DNA of 64,000 nucleotides from an uncultured Spirochaetaceae bacterium (lineage in GTDB: Bacteria; Spirochaetota; Spirochaetia; SZUA-6; DRHE01): assembly GCA_964604845.1 (NCBI GenBank), contig CAZSBH010000007.1, positions 13,215-77,214 of the forward strand, written 5' to 3'. Positions 1-8,897 of this stretch are shown in pieces. A model generated the notes under the pieces. The model was not told the origin of the DNA. It was given only the letters and a program-made list of their open reading frames with translations, and did no database searches. Position numbers and translations under genes: made by a program. The first letter of the stretch is position 1, and each line of letters starts with the position of its first letter.

Positions 1-1
1 T

Positions 2-220
2 CATCTTACCCTGTTCTCGCGGCGGACCCTGCACAGAATGCTCATACAATCGGGTTTTGAGATCTTGAAAACCGTGACCTGGGGGGGATTGGCCAAGGGG
101 ACCGTGCCGGTGTCGGTTAAAGGCCCCGTGGATTATCTGGCCAAGAAAATGGGCTTCGGAGACGTGGTTCTCGTATTGACCCGCAAAGTCAGCGGGGCTG
201 ATGTGGTTAGATACATCTGA
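2..220 (+). CDS. C-terminal end of a probable class I SAM-dependent methyltransferase (5' end outside window)
   Basis: Frame 2 is open from the window edge (HLTLFSRRTLHRMLIQSGFEIL...), a tail typical of Methyltransf_11/12-type proteins. Stop at 218-220. Confidence 0.4.
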   Translation, partial: HLTLFSRRTLHRMLIQSGFEILKTVTWGGLAKGTVPVSVKGPVDYLAKKMGFGDVVLVLTRKVSGADVVRYI

Positions 221-256
221 CAAGACCGGCAAAGCAGGGCAGCCAGCCAAGACGGG

Positions 257-286
257 TTGACATTTTTTTTCCCCTTATCTTAGGAT
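257..286 (+). promoter_or_regulatory. candidate sigma70-type promoter upstream of the DUF4912/GH57 pair
   Basis: TTGACA (257-262), an 18-nt T-rich spacer, then TAGGAT (281-286), 35 nt before the ATG at 322. Sequence match only. Confidence 0.3.
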
Positions 287-321
287 GAACGAGAGAGCAA
301 CAGCGCCATACGGAGGTCTGC

Positions 322-1032
322 ATGACCAGAGAACGCCTCCAGTCGATCTCGCTGGAGGAGTTGGAAGCCCTTGCTCGTAAGCAGGGGTGCGAATTCACCG
401 GTGCGAATGATAGAGCAGCTCTGACAGAGTTCATCCTGGAAAACTTCAAAGAACTGGAGAGGGAAAGGGAGGATGAGAACAATCCTTCTATCCGGGTAGA
501 AGAGAGCAAATACCAGATCACAGAGCGAGAAACCCCTGACGGCGAAAGCGCAGATACCTATCCTGTAGAGAAACGATACAATCAAACAAAAGTAGTCTTC
601 ATGGTTCGGGACCCCAACTGGGCGTACGCCTACTGGGACCTGGACAATAACCTATTAGAGAAGCTGAAGAAGAACGTCGATGGAGATCAGCTGGTGCTGC
701 GGGTTTATGATGTGGACCTGATCGATTTCACGGGGTCGAATGCAAATTCCTCGTTCGACATCCCGATTCAAATCGATGACACGAGTTGGTACATCTATCT
801 TCCCAACCAGAACTGCAGTTACATCCTGGAGCTGGGGATCATATCGGAGGACAAATATCGGTGCCTGGCCAGATCCAACCTAATCAGGACTCCCCGTAAC
901 GATTTTTCCGACAATTACCCAAGCGTCGACCAGGATCTTACCCTCGATCTGCTTTGGGGATTCGATCCATTCGAAAGTATTGGCAGCTCCAGTGGAATCC
1001 CTCAAAGGATTCTCGCTGTCCCCAGGGAGTAG
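322..1032 (+). CDS. DUF4912-like protein with Rho_N/SAP-like N-terminus
   Basis: N-terminal LEELEALARKQGCEFTG... helix pair. Core VVFMVRDPNWAYAYWDL...LVLRVYDV...SWYIYLP resembles DUF4912, which commonly sits next to GH57 branching enzymes. Confidence 0.65.
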   Translation: MTRERLQSISLEELEALARKQGCEFTGANDRAALTEFILENFKELEREREDENNPSIRVEESKYQITERETPDGESADTYPVEKRYNQTKVVFMVRDPNWAYAYWDLDNNLLEKLKKNVDGDQLVLRVYDVDLIDFTGSNANSSFDIPIQIDDTSWYIYLPNQNCSYILELGIISEDKYRCLARSNLIRTPRNDFSDNYPSVDQDLTLDLLWGFDPFESIGSSSGIPQRILAVPRE

Positions 1033-1035
1033 AGT

Positions 1036-2613
1036 GTGGGATACCTCTCCCTGGTGTTGCACTGGCACCTTCCCTTTGTAAGGCATCCGGAGCACCCGCG
1101 GTTTCTCGAAGAGGACTGGTTCTTCGAGGCATTATCCGAGACCTATATACCCCTCCTATCCGTATTCGAGCGTCTCCAAAGCGAGGGAGTGAGATATCGA
1201 ATAACCCTTTCGATATCTCCTACTCTGGCGGAAATGTTTAGAGACGAATTCCTGCAGAACCGGTATCTCGCTTATCTGGATCGCATACTCGAGCTTGCCC
1301 GGCTCGAGGTCCGGCGCACTTCGGAGGACCCAAGGACCCACCGACTGGCCCGGATGTACCTCCATCGTTTTCAGGAGTGTCGCCGAGCATTCAAAGATCG
1401 CTATCGCTGCAATCTTCTCGATGGACTGATTCGCCTGGAGAAAGCGGGTCTCGTGGATCTGATCACCTCTACAGCTACCCATTGCTTCCTTCCGCTGTTT
1501 CAAGTGGTGCCCCAGGTTGTAAAAGCCCAAATCGAGGTGGCCGTTCAATCCCATGTCGAAAACTTCGGCCGCTATCCAAAGGGTTTCTGGCTGCCCGAAT
1601 GCGGGTACTTCCCTGGGGTGGAAGAGTATCTGAAAGACAAGAGTCTGTCCTATTTTTTCTTGGAGACTCACGGAATCCTCTTCGCAGAACAGCGGCCCCG
1701 CTATGGAGTGTATGCACCCCTGTACTGTCCCAACAAGGTGGCCGCTTTCGGTCGGGATCCAGAGTCTGCGAGGTCGGTTTGGTCTTCTCAGGATGGGTAT
1801 CCCGGCGACCCGGTGTACCGGGAGTTCTACCGAGATATCGGCTACGATCTGCCGGTGGAGTACCTGGGGCCTTTCCTCCCCGGCGGAAATGTGCGGGTCA
1901 GTACCGGAATCAAGTACTATGCGATAACCGGGCCCGGGGACCAGAAACGGTTGTACAGTCCCAAAGCAGCGGAAAAAAAAGTTGTGGAGCATGCCGACCA
2001 TTTCGTTACCGCCCGGATCAATCAATGCAGGCGTTTGTCCGCTGGGATGGACCGCTGCCCTCTGATCGTATGTCCCTTCGATGCCGAATTGTTCGGGCAC
2101 TGGTGGTTCGAAGGTCCCCAGTGGCTGGAGATCGTCCTTCGCCGAATCGCCGCCGAAAAAGATTCTATCTCCTTGACCACACCTGGACAGTATTTGGCGG
2201 AGCACCCGGAGCAGCAGGTCGCTCAGCCATGTTTTTCCAGCTGGGGGAACAAGGGATATGCCGAAGTATGGCTGGAGGGAAGCAATGATTGGGTGTACAG
2301 ACACCTGCATCAACAGGCCGTGCGTATGTCAGAGTTGGCCCATCGTTTTCCAAAAGAGAAGGGGATGCGCAAGCGGGCTTTGAATCAGGCTTTTCGGGAG
2401 ATGCTCCTGGCCGAAGCGTCGGATTGGCCTTTCATAATGAAGACCGGGACCACGGTGCCCTATGCGGTGCGGCGCACGCGAGAACACATCTACAACTTCA
2501 CCCGGATCTATAACTCCCTCATGACCAACAGTCTCCAGCAGGAGTGGCTTCTCGAGGTGGAGGGCAGGAACAATGTATTTCCGAAAATCGATTATCGGAG
2601 CTGTGTATCCTGA
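1036..2613 (+). CDS. GH57-family 1,4-alpha-glucan branching enzyme (DUF1957-containing)
   Basis: YLSLVLHWHLPFVRHPE start, WLPECGY nucleophile region and PFDAELFGHWWFEG acid/base region are GH57 signatures. GTG start. Confidence 0.85.
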   Translation: MGYLSLVLHWHLPFVRHPEHPRFLEEDWFFEALSETYIPLLSVFERLQSEGVRYRITLSISPTLAEMFRDEFLQNRYLAYLDRILELARLEVRRTSEDPRTHRLARMYLHRFQECRRAFKDRYRCNLLDGLIRLEKAGLVDLITSTATHCFLPLFQVVPQVVKAQIEVAVQSHVENFGRYPKGFWLPECGYFPGVEEYLKDKSLSYFFLETHGILFAEQRPRYGVYAPLYCPNKVAAFGRDPESARSVWSSQDGYPGDPVYREFYRDIGYDLPVEYLGPFLPGGNVRVSTGIKYYAITGPGDQKRLYSPKAAEKKVVEHADHFVTARINQCRRLSAGMDRCPLIVCPFDAELFGHWWFEGPQWLEIVLRRIAAEKDSISLTTPGQYLAEHPEQQVAQPCFSSWGNKGYAEVWLEGSNDWVYRHLHQQAVRMSELAHRFPKEKGMRKRALNQAFREMLLAEASDWPFIMKTGTTVPYAVRRTREHIYNFTRIYNSLMTNSLQQEWLLEVEGRNNVFPKIDYRSCVS

Positions 2614-2619
2614 GGCGAT

Positions 2620-2925
2620 TCAACGGTCGATGCTTACTAGTCTGTCGAACTTGATCAGCTGAAAGGTATTGTACAGAGCATCGCTACAGCCGTTGACTCG
2701 GATATCCCGATCCTGTTCCGTTAAGTTTTTCCGCAACAGCAGGATTTTGCCGATGCAGGTGGAATTGATAGAAGGAACTTCAGAGAGATCGAGAGTAATC
2801 GTCTTGTGCTCCCCCGCCGCCAGGTCGTGGAGAGATTTCTGGAATTCCTCCGCTGCGTCGCTACTCAAAGGACCCTGCACCCGCAACTGCACTTCGTCTT
2901 TAGAAATCTCATTGCGAACAAACAT
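2620..2925 (-). CDS. STAS-domain anti-sigma-factor antagonist-like protein
   Basis: 101 aa. LDLSEVPSINSTCIGKILLLRK pattern typical of SpoIIAA/RsbV-type STAS proteins. Confidence 0.7.
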   Translation of the reverse strand: MFVRNEISKDEVQLRVQGPLSSDAAEEFQKSLHDLAAGEHKTITLDLSEVPSINSTCIGKILLLRKNLTEQDRDIRVNGCSDALYNTFQLIKFDRLVSIDR

Positions 2926-2962
2926 TTTATCCTCTCACAAATTTTTATAGGCCAAAGTGGCA

Positions 2963-3301
2963 TCAAGACTGGGCATCGCCCTCTCGTCCGTCTCCCTCGC
3001 TGTGCTCGCTTCCTTCGGATTCGCTCGTACCCTGATCAACCAGAGTGAACCGGCGAACCGCGCGCTGTTGTTCATCGACCTCTTCGATCAGCAACACCGT
3101 CTGAAAGGGAATCATCAGGTGCTTTGAATTTCCGAAGGCCTTCATAATATCGTCTTCCGCAGGATTGATTATCAGTTTTTTCTTATCTGTGAAAACCAGG
3201 TCCTTGATTGATACGAAATAGGGATGGGTTAGATCGAGACTCTTGGCGGTGAGTTGGATCTCTTTATCTTTCCACTTGAAGTGAACTCGGTACAAGGACA
3301 A
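2963..3301 (-). CDS. small conserved hypothetical protein (DUF1820-like), acidic C-terminal tail
   Basis: 112 aa. MSLYRVHFKWKDKEI...IPFQTVLLIEEV resembles DUF1820 as I remember it. Upstream of and co-directional with the STAS gene. Confidence 0.45.
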   Translation of the reverse strand: MSLYRVHFKWKDKEIQLTAKSLDLTHPYFVSIKDLVFTDKKKLIINPAEDDIMKAFGNSKHLMIPFQTVLLIEEVDEQQRAVRRFTLVDQGTSESEGSEHSEGDGREGDAQS

Positions 3302-3466
3302 ATTTCTTCTCCCTACAAATCTTCCCGGGAACTCGGCTGCATGCAGCGCACCTTCTCAAGATACAGATTTCTCTTTACTCCGTCAATTTGGAAGTTTTGC
3401 ATAACAAATATATAGTAAAATAAACCTTTCCTGATAGAAATCTCTCCTCTGATAGAGAAAAGAATG

Positions 3467-3495
3467 TTGACAATTGTAAGAGATCGGATAGTATA
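3467..3495 (+). promoter_or_regulatory. candidate sigma70 promoter of the mraZ/dcw operon
   Basis: TTGACA (3467-3472), a 17-nt spacer, then AGTATA (3490-3495), about 55 nt upstream of the mraZ ATG. Confidence 0.4.
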
Positions 3496-3501
3496 GATAT
3501 C

Positions 3502-3541
3502 AAAGTGGGAAAAAGTGGGAGATTTTACCAACTAGGTGGTA
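3502..3541 (+). promoter_or_regulatory. candidate MraZ operator (direct GTGGG repeats)
   Basis: Exact AAAGTGGGA at 3502-3510 and 3512-3520 (10-bp period). Degenerate TAGGTGGTA at 3533-3541 (21 bp further). Lies between the putative -10 and the mraZ start. Confidence 0.5.
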
Positions 3542-3550
3542 GGCTAGGGT

Positions 3551-3991
3551 ATGTTGACGGGAGAATATCGCTATTCCCTCGATGATAAGAACAGGTTGAT
3601 GATCCCCTCTCGGATCCGTAACGACATCACGGGAAACTCCGTTGTGTTGACCCGGGGGGTGGATAAATGTCTCTGGCTTTTCCCTCACGATGAATGGAAG
3701 AAAATCTCCCAAAGTCTGATCGGATCCACCTCGTTGTTTCAGGAGAAGGCCAGGCTCATGCAGCGGCGGATCATTGCGCCCGCCCAGGAGACCGAGATCG
3801 ACAGATCCGGAAGGATCATTATACCGACTACTCTGAAAGAGTTCGCCGGGTTGAAGAAGGAATGTATCATTCTTGGAATTCAGACCTATATAGAGATCTG
3901 GGATGAGGAAAGCTATCTGGCCTACCTCGAGCAGAACGAGAGTAAGTTCAAGGAGGCTGCTGAAGAGATAGGGAATAAGATCGCTTTGTAG
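3551..3991 (+). CDS. mraZ: transcriptional regulator MraZ
   Basis: MLTGEYRYSLDDKNRLMIPSRIR... and second half-repeat DRSGRIIIPTTLKEFAGL are the duplicated SpoVT/AbrB-like MraZ halves. First gene of the dcw cluster. Confidence 0.95.
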   Translation: MLTGEYRYSLDDKNRLMIPSRIRNDITGNSVVLTRGVDKCLWLFPHDEWKKISQSLIGSTSLFQEKARLMQRRIIAPAQETEIDRSGRIIIPTTLKEFAGLKKECIILGIQTYIEIWDEESYLAYLEQNESKFKEAAEEIGNKIAL

Positions 3992-4007
3992 CAGCGGGGA
4001 GGGGAAG

Positions 4008-4943
4008 GTGTTCATCCACAAGCCGGTTCTTCTTGAACAGGCTTTGACTCTGCTCGGAGGGCAGGGAGAAGGGTTGGTGTTTGTCGATGCCACTCTTGGA
4101 GAAGGCGGGCATGCGGAAGCCTTTCTATCTGCGGATCCCCGACTCGTGCTTTATGGAGTGGAAAGGGATGAACAGATCCTCGAGCGCGCGCGGCAGCGGT
4201 TAGACCGTTTCGGCCGGCGGGTCAGGCTGTTCCGGCTGGATTTTTTAGAGTTTTTTGATTCCTTCTCGCAGCTGGTGGACGAACCACCGCAGCGTATATT
4301 TTTCGATCTGGGAGTATCGATGTTCCATTACCGGGCTGGCGAACGGGGCTTTTCCTTTAGCCGAGACGAACCGCTCGATATGCGACTCGATATCGAAAAA
4401 AGCGTAAGTGCTGCGGAAATCGTGAACACCAGCTCCGAGGAGGACCTGCGTCGGCTGATCCTGCGTTTTGGCGAGGAACGCTATGCTGCCATGATCAGCA
4501 GGGCGATCGTAGGCGAGCGTGAACGAGGAGACATCGAAACTTCCAAGAGGCTGGCCGAGGTAATCTGGAACGCCGTGCCTCCTTCCTATCGGTACGGGAG
4601 GATTCATCCGGCCACTCGGACCTTTCAGGCTCTGCGTATCGCCGTGAACAGGGAGCTGGATCTTCTCGAGGACACCTTGCCGGTGGCCTTCGAAGTCTTG
4701 ACCGTAGGTGGAAGGCTGGGCGTCATATCCTTTCACTCATTGGAGGATCGTATTGTGAAGCGTTTCTTTCAGGAACGCAATAAGTCCTGTACCTGCCCCC
4801 CGGAATCGCCGATCTGTCAATGTGGAGGCCAAAGGCGGGCACGAGTAGTGACGAGGAAGCCGGTGAGAGCTACAGAAGAGGAAATGCGGGGAAATCCTGC
4901 TTCCCGGAGCGCCCGCTTCAGGGTCTTGGAGAAAATTGCATGA
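4008..4943 (+). CDS. rsmH: 16S rRNA (cytosine1402-N4)-methyltransferase RsmH
   Basis: HKPVLLEQAL..FVDATLGEGGHAEA...SFHSLEDRIVKRFF motifs. Position after mraZ. Confidence 0.95.
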   Translation: MFIHKPVLLEQALTLLGGQGEGLVFVDATLGEGGHAEAFLSADPRLVLYGVERDEQILERARQRLDRFGRRVRLFRLDFLEFFDSFSQLVDEPPQRIFFDLGVSMFHYRAGERGFSFSRDEPLDMRLDIEKSVSAAEIVNTSSEEDLRRLILRFGEERYAAMISRAIVGERERGDIETSKRLAEVIWNAVPPSYRYGRIHPATRTFQALRIAVNRELDLLEDTLPVAFEVLTVGGRLGVISFHSLEDRIVKRFFQERNKSCTCPPESPICQCGGQRRARVVTRKPVRATEEEMRGNPASRSARFRVLEKIA

Positions 4944-5227
4944 GGCTTCGATCGCCCTTTTTTATCATCATAGCCCTGGCGTTCATCGCTCTGTTCTTTC
5001 TCAACACGTGGCAGGGATACCGCTACCAGGAATTGGAACAGGACGTGGGGAATCTGGAGCTGGAACAGAAGGACTGGCTGGAGAAAAACAAGAAGGTGAT
5101 CGCTGCACTGGCCGTTTTGAGCTCCCCCGAGCGGGTTGAAGCGCTGGCCGTGGATAAGCTGGGATTGAAACCACTGAAAGCGGAGGATGTGATCAAAGTA
5201 AACATAAAGGGCGGCCGGGGTGACTAA
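4940..5227 (+). CDS. ftsL: FtsL-like cell division protein (single TM + coiled coil)
   Basis: ATG at 4940 overlaps the rsmH stop (ATGA). TM segment FFIIIALAFIALFFL followed by a coiled-coil region. Positional equivalent of ftsL. Confidence 0.6.
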   Translation: MRLRSPFFIIIALAFIALFFLNTWQGYRYQELEQDVGNLELEQKDWLEKNKKVIAALAVLSSPERVEALAVDKLGLKPLKAEDVIKVNIKGGRGD

Positions 5228-6629
5228 TACGATGTTGCGGAACGGGCTGTTTTCCCCTGAACAGGCGAGCCGCCTTGCCGGTGGCCGTTTGCACATCAAT
5301 GGGAGTCTGGATATTCTTCAGGTTGTTATAGATTCCCGTCAGGTCGAGCAGGGGTGTCTGTTTGTCGCCCTACCGGGAACTCGAGTGGATGGGCATGAGT
5401 TTATCCCTGAGGCTTTCAAGCGGGGAGCCGCGGCGGTATTCGCATCGCGGCGGCAATGGGAAAAACGACGGGAGGATCTACAACCCGGGCTGCAGGACAG
5501 GCCGGGAATCAGCGTGATCTTGGTCGAGGATACTCTGAGCGCTCTGCAGGAGCTGTCCAAGGGGTACCTGAGGCAGTTCCCCCACCTGATGAGGATCGGG
5601 GTAACCGGGAGCAACGGGAAAACAACGACTAAAGAGATCCTTGGCAGAATCATCGCTCTGGACAGCCCCACGGTGATCAGCCAGGGGAATTTGAACTCCG
5701 AGATCGGCCTGCCCCTGTCCTGTTTCCAGGTTCGAGAACATCACCGCTTCTCCGTTTTTGAGCTCGGCGTCAACCATCCCGGGGAGATGGATGTGTTGGC
5801 GGATATCTATCGGCCGGATATGGCGGTGATAACAAATCTGGGCACTGCCCATATCGGGCTGCTTGGATCCCGCGAGTCTATTGCCCGTGAGAAGAAAAAA
5901 ATTTTCCGCTATTTTGACGGGACCCAGAAAGCGTTTGTCTTTGAAACGGAGGATTTCTATCCACTGTTAAAGGAAGGACTACAGGGGATCATTATCCCCT
6001 TTGGACCGGAAAGTACCAGAGGGTTTGAAGGAAGTGAGGATCTGGGGCTGGATGGAACGATCATCCACTGGGAGGGGCTCCGGATCCGCTTCCCCTTTTT
6101 TGGCGCTCACAATGTTCGAAACGCTTTGGCCTCAATATCGGTATCGGTTGAATTGGGTATTAGCAAAAGCAATATCAAAGAGGGGCTGGAGAGCGCCCGA
6201 CCCCTGTTCGGACGTTCTGAGATCATCCGAGGTTCGGTAACGGTAATCCAGGACTGCTACAACGCCAATCCCGACTCCTTTCGCCAGGTGTTTTCCTTCG
6301 TGTCGGCCCTGCGCTGGCAGGGAAGGAAGATCGCCGTTCTTGGGGCGATGAAGGAGCTGGGTACACAGAGTGGGGAAGCCCATCGGGAGATCGGCCGGGA
6401 AGCCGTGGATGCCGGTTTTCAAGGACTGTTCCTCTTCGGAGAAGAGATGGAGGATGCATTTCAGAGCATCGAGGAGATTGGCTTCAACGGCATCGTGAGC
6501 TGGATGACGGACTTCGAGCACTTGAGAAAGGAACTGCTCCTGTATCTTCGGGAGGGAGATCTGGTGGTAATCAAAGGATCCAGGGCTGTAGAGCTGGAAC
6601 GACTCCTGCCGGAAATAGTTGAGGTGTAA
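5220..6629 (+). CDS. murF: UDP-N-acetylmuramoyl-tripeptide--D-alanyl-D-alanine ligase
   Basis: GVTGSNGKTTTKE P-loop, DCYNANPDS motif, Mur ligase architecture. The start could be GTG 5220 or ATG 5232. Confidence 0.9.
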   Translation: MTNTMLRNGLFSPEQASRLAGGRLHINGSLDILQVVIDSRQVEQGCLFVALPGTRVDGHEFIPEAFKRGAAAVFASRRQWEKRREDLQPGLQDRPGISVILVEDTLSALQELSKGYLRQFPHLMRIGVTGSNGKTTTKEILGRIIALDSPTVISQGNLNSEIGLPLSCFQVREHHRFSVFELGVNHPGEMDVLADIYRPDMAVITNLGTAHIGLLGSRESIAREKKKIFRYFDGTQKAFVFETEDFYPLLKEGLQGIIIPFGPESTRGFEGSEDLGLDGTIIHWEGLRIRFPFFGAHNVRNALASISVSVELGISKSNIKEGLESARPLFGRSEIIRGSVTVIQDCYNANPDSFRQVFSFVSALRWQGRKIAVLGAMKELGTQSGEAHREIGREAVDAGFQGLFLFGEEMEDAFQSIEEIGFNGIVSWMTDFEHLRKELLLYLREGDLVVIKGSRAVELERLLPEIVEV

Positions 6630-6632
6630 GGT

Positions 6633-7712
6633 ATGGTGCTGAAGCTGCTCTATCCACTGGTCAAATACTTCACGGTCTTCAATGTTTTTCAGTACATTAC
6701 TTTTCGTGCCGCCTATGCCGCTCTGACGGCTCTGGTGCTGTCCCTGGTCGTTGGCCCCTGGATGATTCGCAGGCTCCAGGAATTGAAAACCGGGGAAGCG
6801 ATACGCGTTGATGTTCCGAAACGGCATCTGGAAAAAACGGGTACCCCGACTATGGGGGGGATCTTGATTATCTGTGCGATTGTGTTTTCCGTTCTCCTGT
6901 GGCAGGACTGGAACAATTTTTATACGTGGATCCTGTTGGGGGCCACCATCGGGTTCGGTCTGATCGGATTTGTCGATGATTACCTGAAAGTGTTTAAGAA
7001 GAAGCAAACGGGCTTGCGGGCAGGTTTCAAGTTTTCAGGTCAAATCGTGGTATCCACGGCAATCGTGCTCCTGCTTTTCCTCTACAGAAACGAGCAGACA
7101 ACCCTGCTCTACCTGCCCTTCTTCAAGGCTCCCGTTGTGGATTTGTCGTATCTGTACATTCCCTTCGGTGTGCTCGTCCTGGTGGGATTCAGCAACGCCA
7201 TAAACCTGACAGACGGACTTGATGGATTGGCTACGGGGTTGGTCATCATGGTGGGAATTACCTTTGCAGTGCTGTCCTACTTGGCCGGTCGCGCCGACTA
7301 TGCGGCCTATCTTCAGATTCCCTTTATTCAGCAGAGCTGGGAGATCAGCGTCTACAGCCTCGCCTTGGTGGGAGCGGCGGTGGGTTTTCTCTGGTTCAAC
7401 GCTCATCCCGCGGAGATCATGATGGGCGACACGGGCAGCCTCTCTCTCGGCGGGGTCGTTGGGGTTATCGCCCTGATCATCAAAAAAGAAATCCTTTTAT
7501 TCATCGTCGGCGGGGTTTTTGTCATCGAGGTTCTCTCAGTCATGATACAGGTCGTTTCCTTCAAACTAACGGGCAAGAGGGTGTTCAAAATGGCCCCTCT
7601 TCATCACCACTTCGAACTGCTGGGGTGGTCCGAGACGAAAGTGGTGATGCGGTTTTGGATCCTGGGGGGATTGTTCGCCATCTTGAGCTTGTCCACCCTG
7701 AAGATCCAGTAG
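6633..7712 (+). CDS. mraY: phospho-N-acetylmuramoyl-pentapeptide transferase
   Basis: KxGTPTMGG, NAINLTDGLDGLA, MGDTGSLSLGG and APLHHHFE motifs. Confidence 0.95.
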   Translation: MVLKLLYPLVKYFTVFNVFQYITFRAAYAALTALVLSLVVGPWMIRRLQELKTGEAIRVDVPKRHLEKTGTPTMGGILIICAIVFSVLLWQDWNNFYTWILLGATIGFGLIGFVDDYLKVFKKKQTGLRAGFKFSGQIVVSTAIVLLLFLYRNEQTTLLYLPFFKAPVVDLSYLYIPFGVLVLVGFSNAINLTDGLDGLATGLVIMVGITFAVLSYLAGRADYAAYLQIPFIQQSWEISVYSLALVGAAVGFLWFNAHPAEIMMGDTGSLSLGGVVGVIALIIKKEILLFIVGGVFVIEVLSVMIQVVSFKLTGKRVFKMAPLHHHFELLGWSETKVVMRFWILGGLFAILSLSTLKIQ

Positions 7713-7721
7713 GGAGGAGAT

Positions 7722-8894
7722 GTGGAAAAAATCGGAAAGCCACGCGGGGACGCTCTGCTGCTGCTCATTCTGATTGTTATACTTGGAATCGGAATATCCG
7801 TCCTGTTTTCCGCCTCTACCTACTATGCCCAGAGGCTGTACCAAGACCCCTACTACTTTTTCAGGCGCCAGCTGCTCTGGGTTGTCCTCGGTTCGGTGGC
7901 CGGCATTATTGCTTCACAGATCCCAATCGCGACTGTTCGCCAGGTTACCCCGATGGTTGTGGTCACGGCCTTGATACTTACGGTGCTTACCTTCGCCCCG
8001 GGAATTGGCCGGCCGATCATGGGGGCAAGGCGCTGGTTGTTTGTATTTGGTCAGTCTTTTGAACCGTCGGAGCTGGTGAAGTTTTCCATCGTGCTGTACC
8101 TGGCGGCGATATTCAGCAAGAAGCAGGACAGGATCAATGATCCGGTCAACTCTCTTCTGCCGCCCCTGCTGGTGGTTTCGCTGTTCGTCACCCTGATTTA
8201 TCTTCAGAATGATTTCTCGACGGCCTTTTTCATACTTCTGATTGCGCTGGCCATGTTTCTGATCGCCCAGGTTCGGGTTCTCTACTTCATTCTTTTGAGT
8301 CTGCTCTTCGTGCCTCTTGGGGGTATGCTCCTGTTCACCAAGGCGCATCGGGTCCGCAGGCTCATGGCCTTCTTAAATCCGCTGGCCGATCCCAGTGGAA
8401 GTGGGTATCAAGTGATCGCAGCTCAAACCGCTTTCATCAGCGGCGGTTTTTGGGGCAGGGGATTGGGCAAGGGAATTAAAAAACTGGGAGGACTTCCTGA
8501 AGCCCATTCGGATTTTATATATGCCGTCGTCGGTGAAGAGGCGGGATTTCTAGGAGCCCTGTTTGTGCTCCTGCTCTTTCTCGTCTTGGCCTGGCGGGGT
8601 TACTCACTGGCTATCAAGGGTAAAGACAGCTTTACCCGCTATCTGGCCTTCGGCATCACGAGTACCATCACCCTCCAGGCTCTGCTCAACATCGCTGTCG
8701 TGACCGGCTTGGTACCGGCGACCGGCATTCCCCTGCCCTTCTTCTCTTCAGGCGGATCGTCCATGCTGCTGACCTTGGTAATGGGTGGATTGCTGTTCAA
8801 TCTCTCGCGCCAGCCCCAGGGGGCGGAGGCGCATAACCGTTCCCGGGTGAATCTGGATCCACTGCAGAGTCGCGACCAGGGATGGAGGGGATAG
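7722..8894 (+). CDS. ftsW: SEDS-family peptidoglycan glycosyltransferase FtsW
   Basis: Polytopic membrane protein with QPSELVKF-like (EPSELVKF), PEAHSDFIY and TGIPLPFFSSGGSS motifs. Sits between mraY and ftsQ. Confidence 0.85.
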   Translation: MEKIGKPRGDALLLLILIVILGIGISVLFSASTYYAQRLYQDPYYFFRRQLLWVVLGSVAGIIASQIPIATVRQVTPMVVVTALILTVLTFAPGIGRPIMGARRWLFVFGQSFEPSELVKFSIVLYLAAIFSKKQDRINDPVNSLLPPLLVVSLFVTLIYLQNDFSTAFFILLIALAMFLIAQVRVLYFILLSLLFVPLGGMLLFTKAHRVRRLMAFLNPLADPSGSGYQVIAAQTAFISGGFWGRGLGKGIKKLGGLPEAHSDFIYAVVGEEAGFLGALFVLLLFLVLAWRGYSLAIKGKDSFTRYLAFGITSTITLQALLNIAVVTGLVPATGIPLPFFSSGGSSMLLTLVMGGLLFNLSRQPQGAEAHNRSRVNLDPLQSRDQGWRG

Positions 8895-8897
8895 AAG

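Noticed and set aside
3313-3531. 72-aa minus-strand ORF in the mraZ upstream region
   Set aside because: It is AT-rich with odd composition, and it overlaps the predicted promoter and MraZ boxes. There is no RBS or family resemblance.
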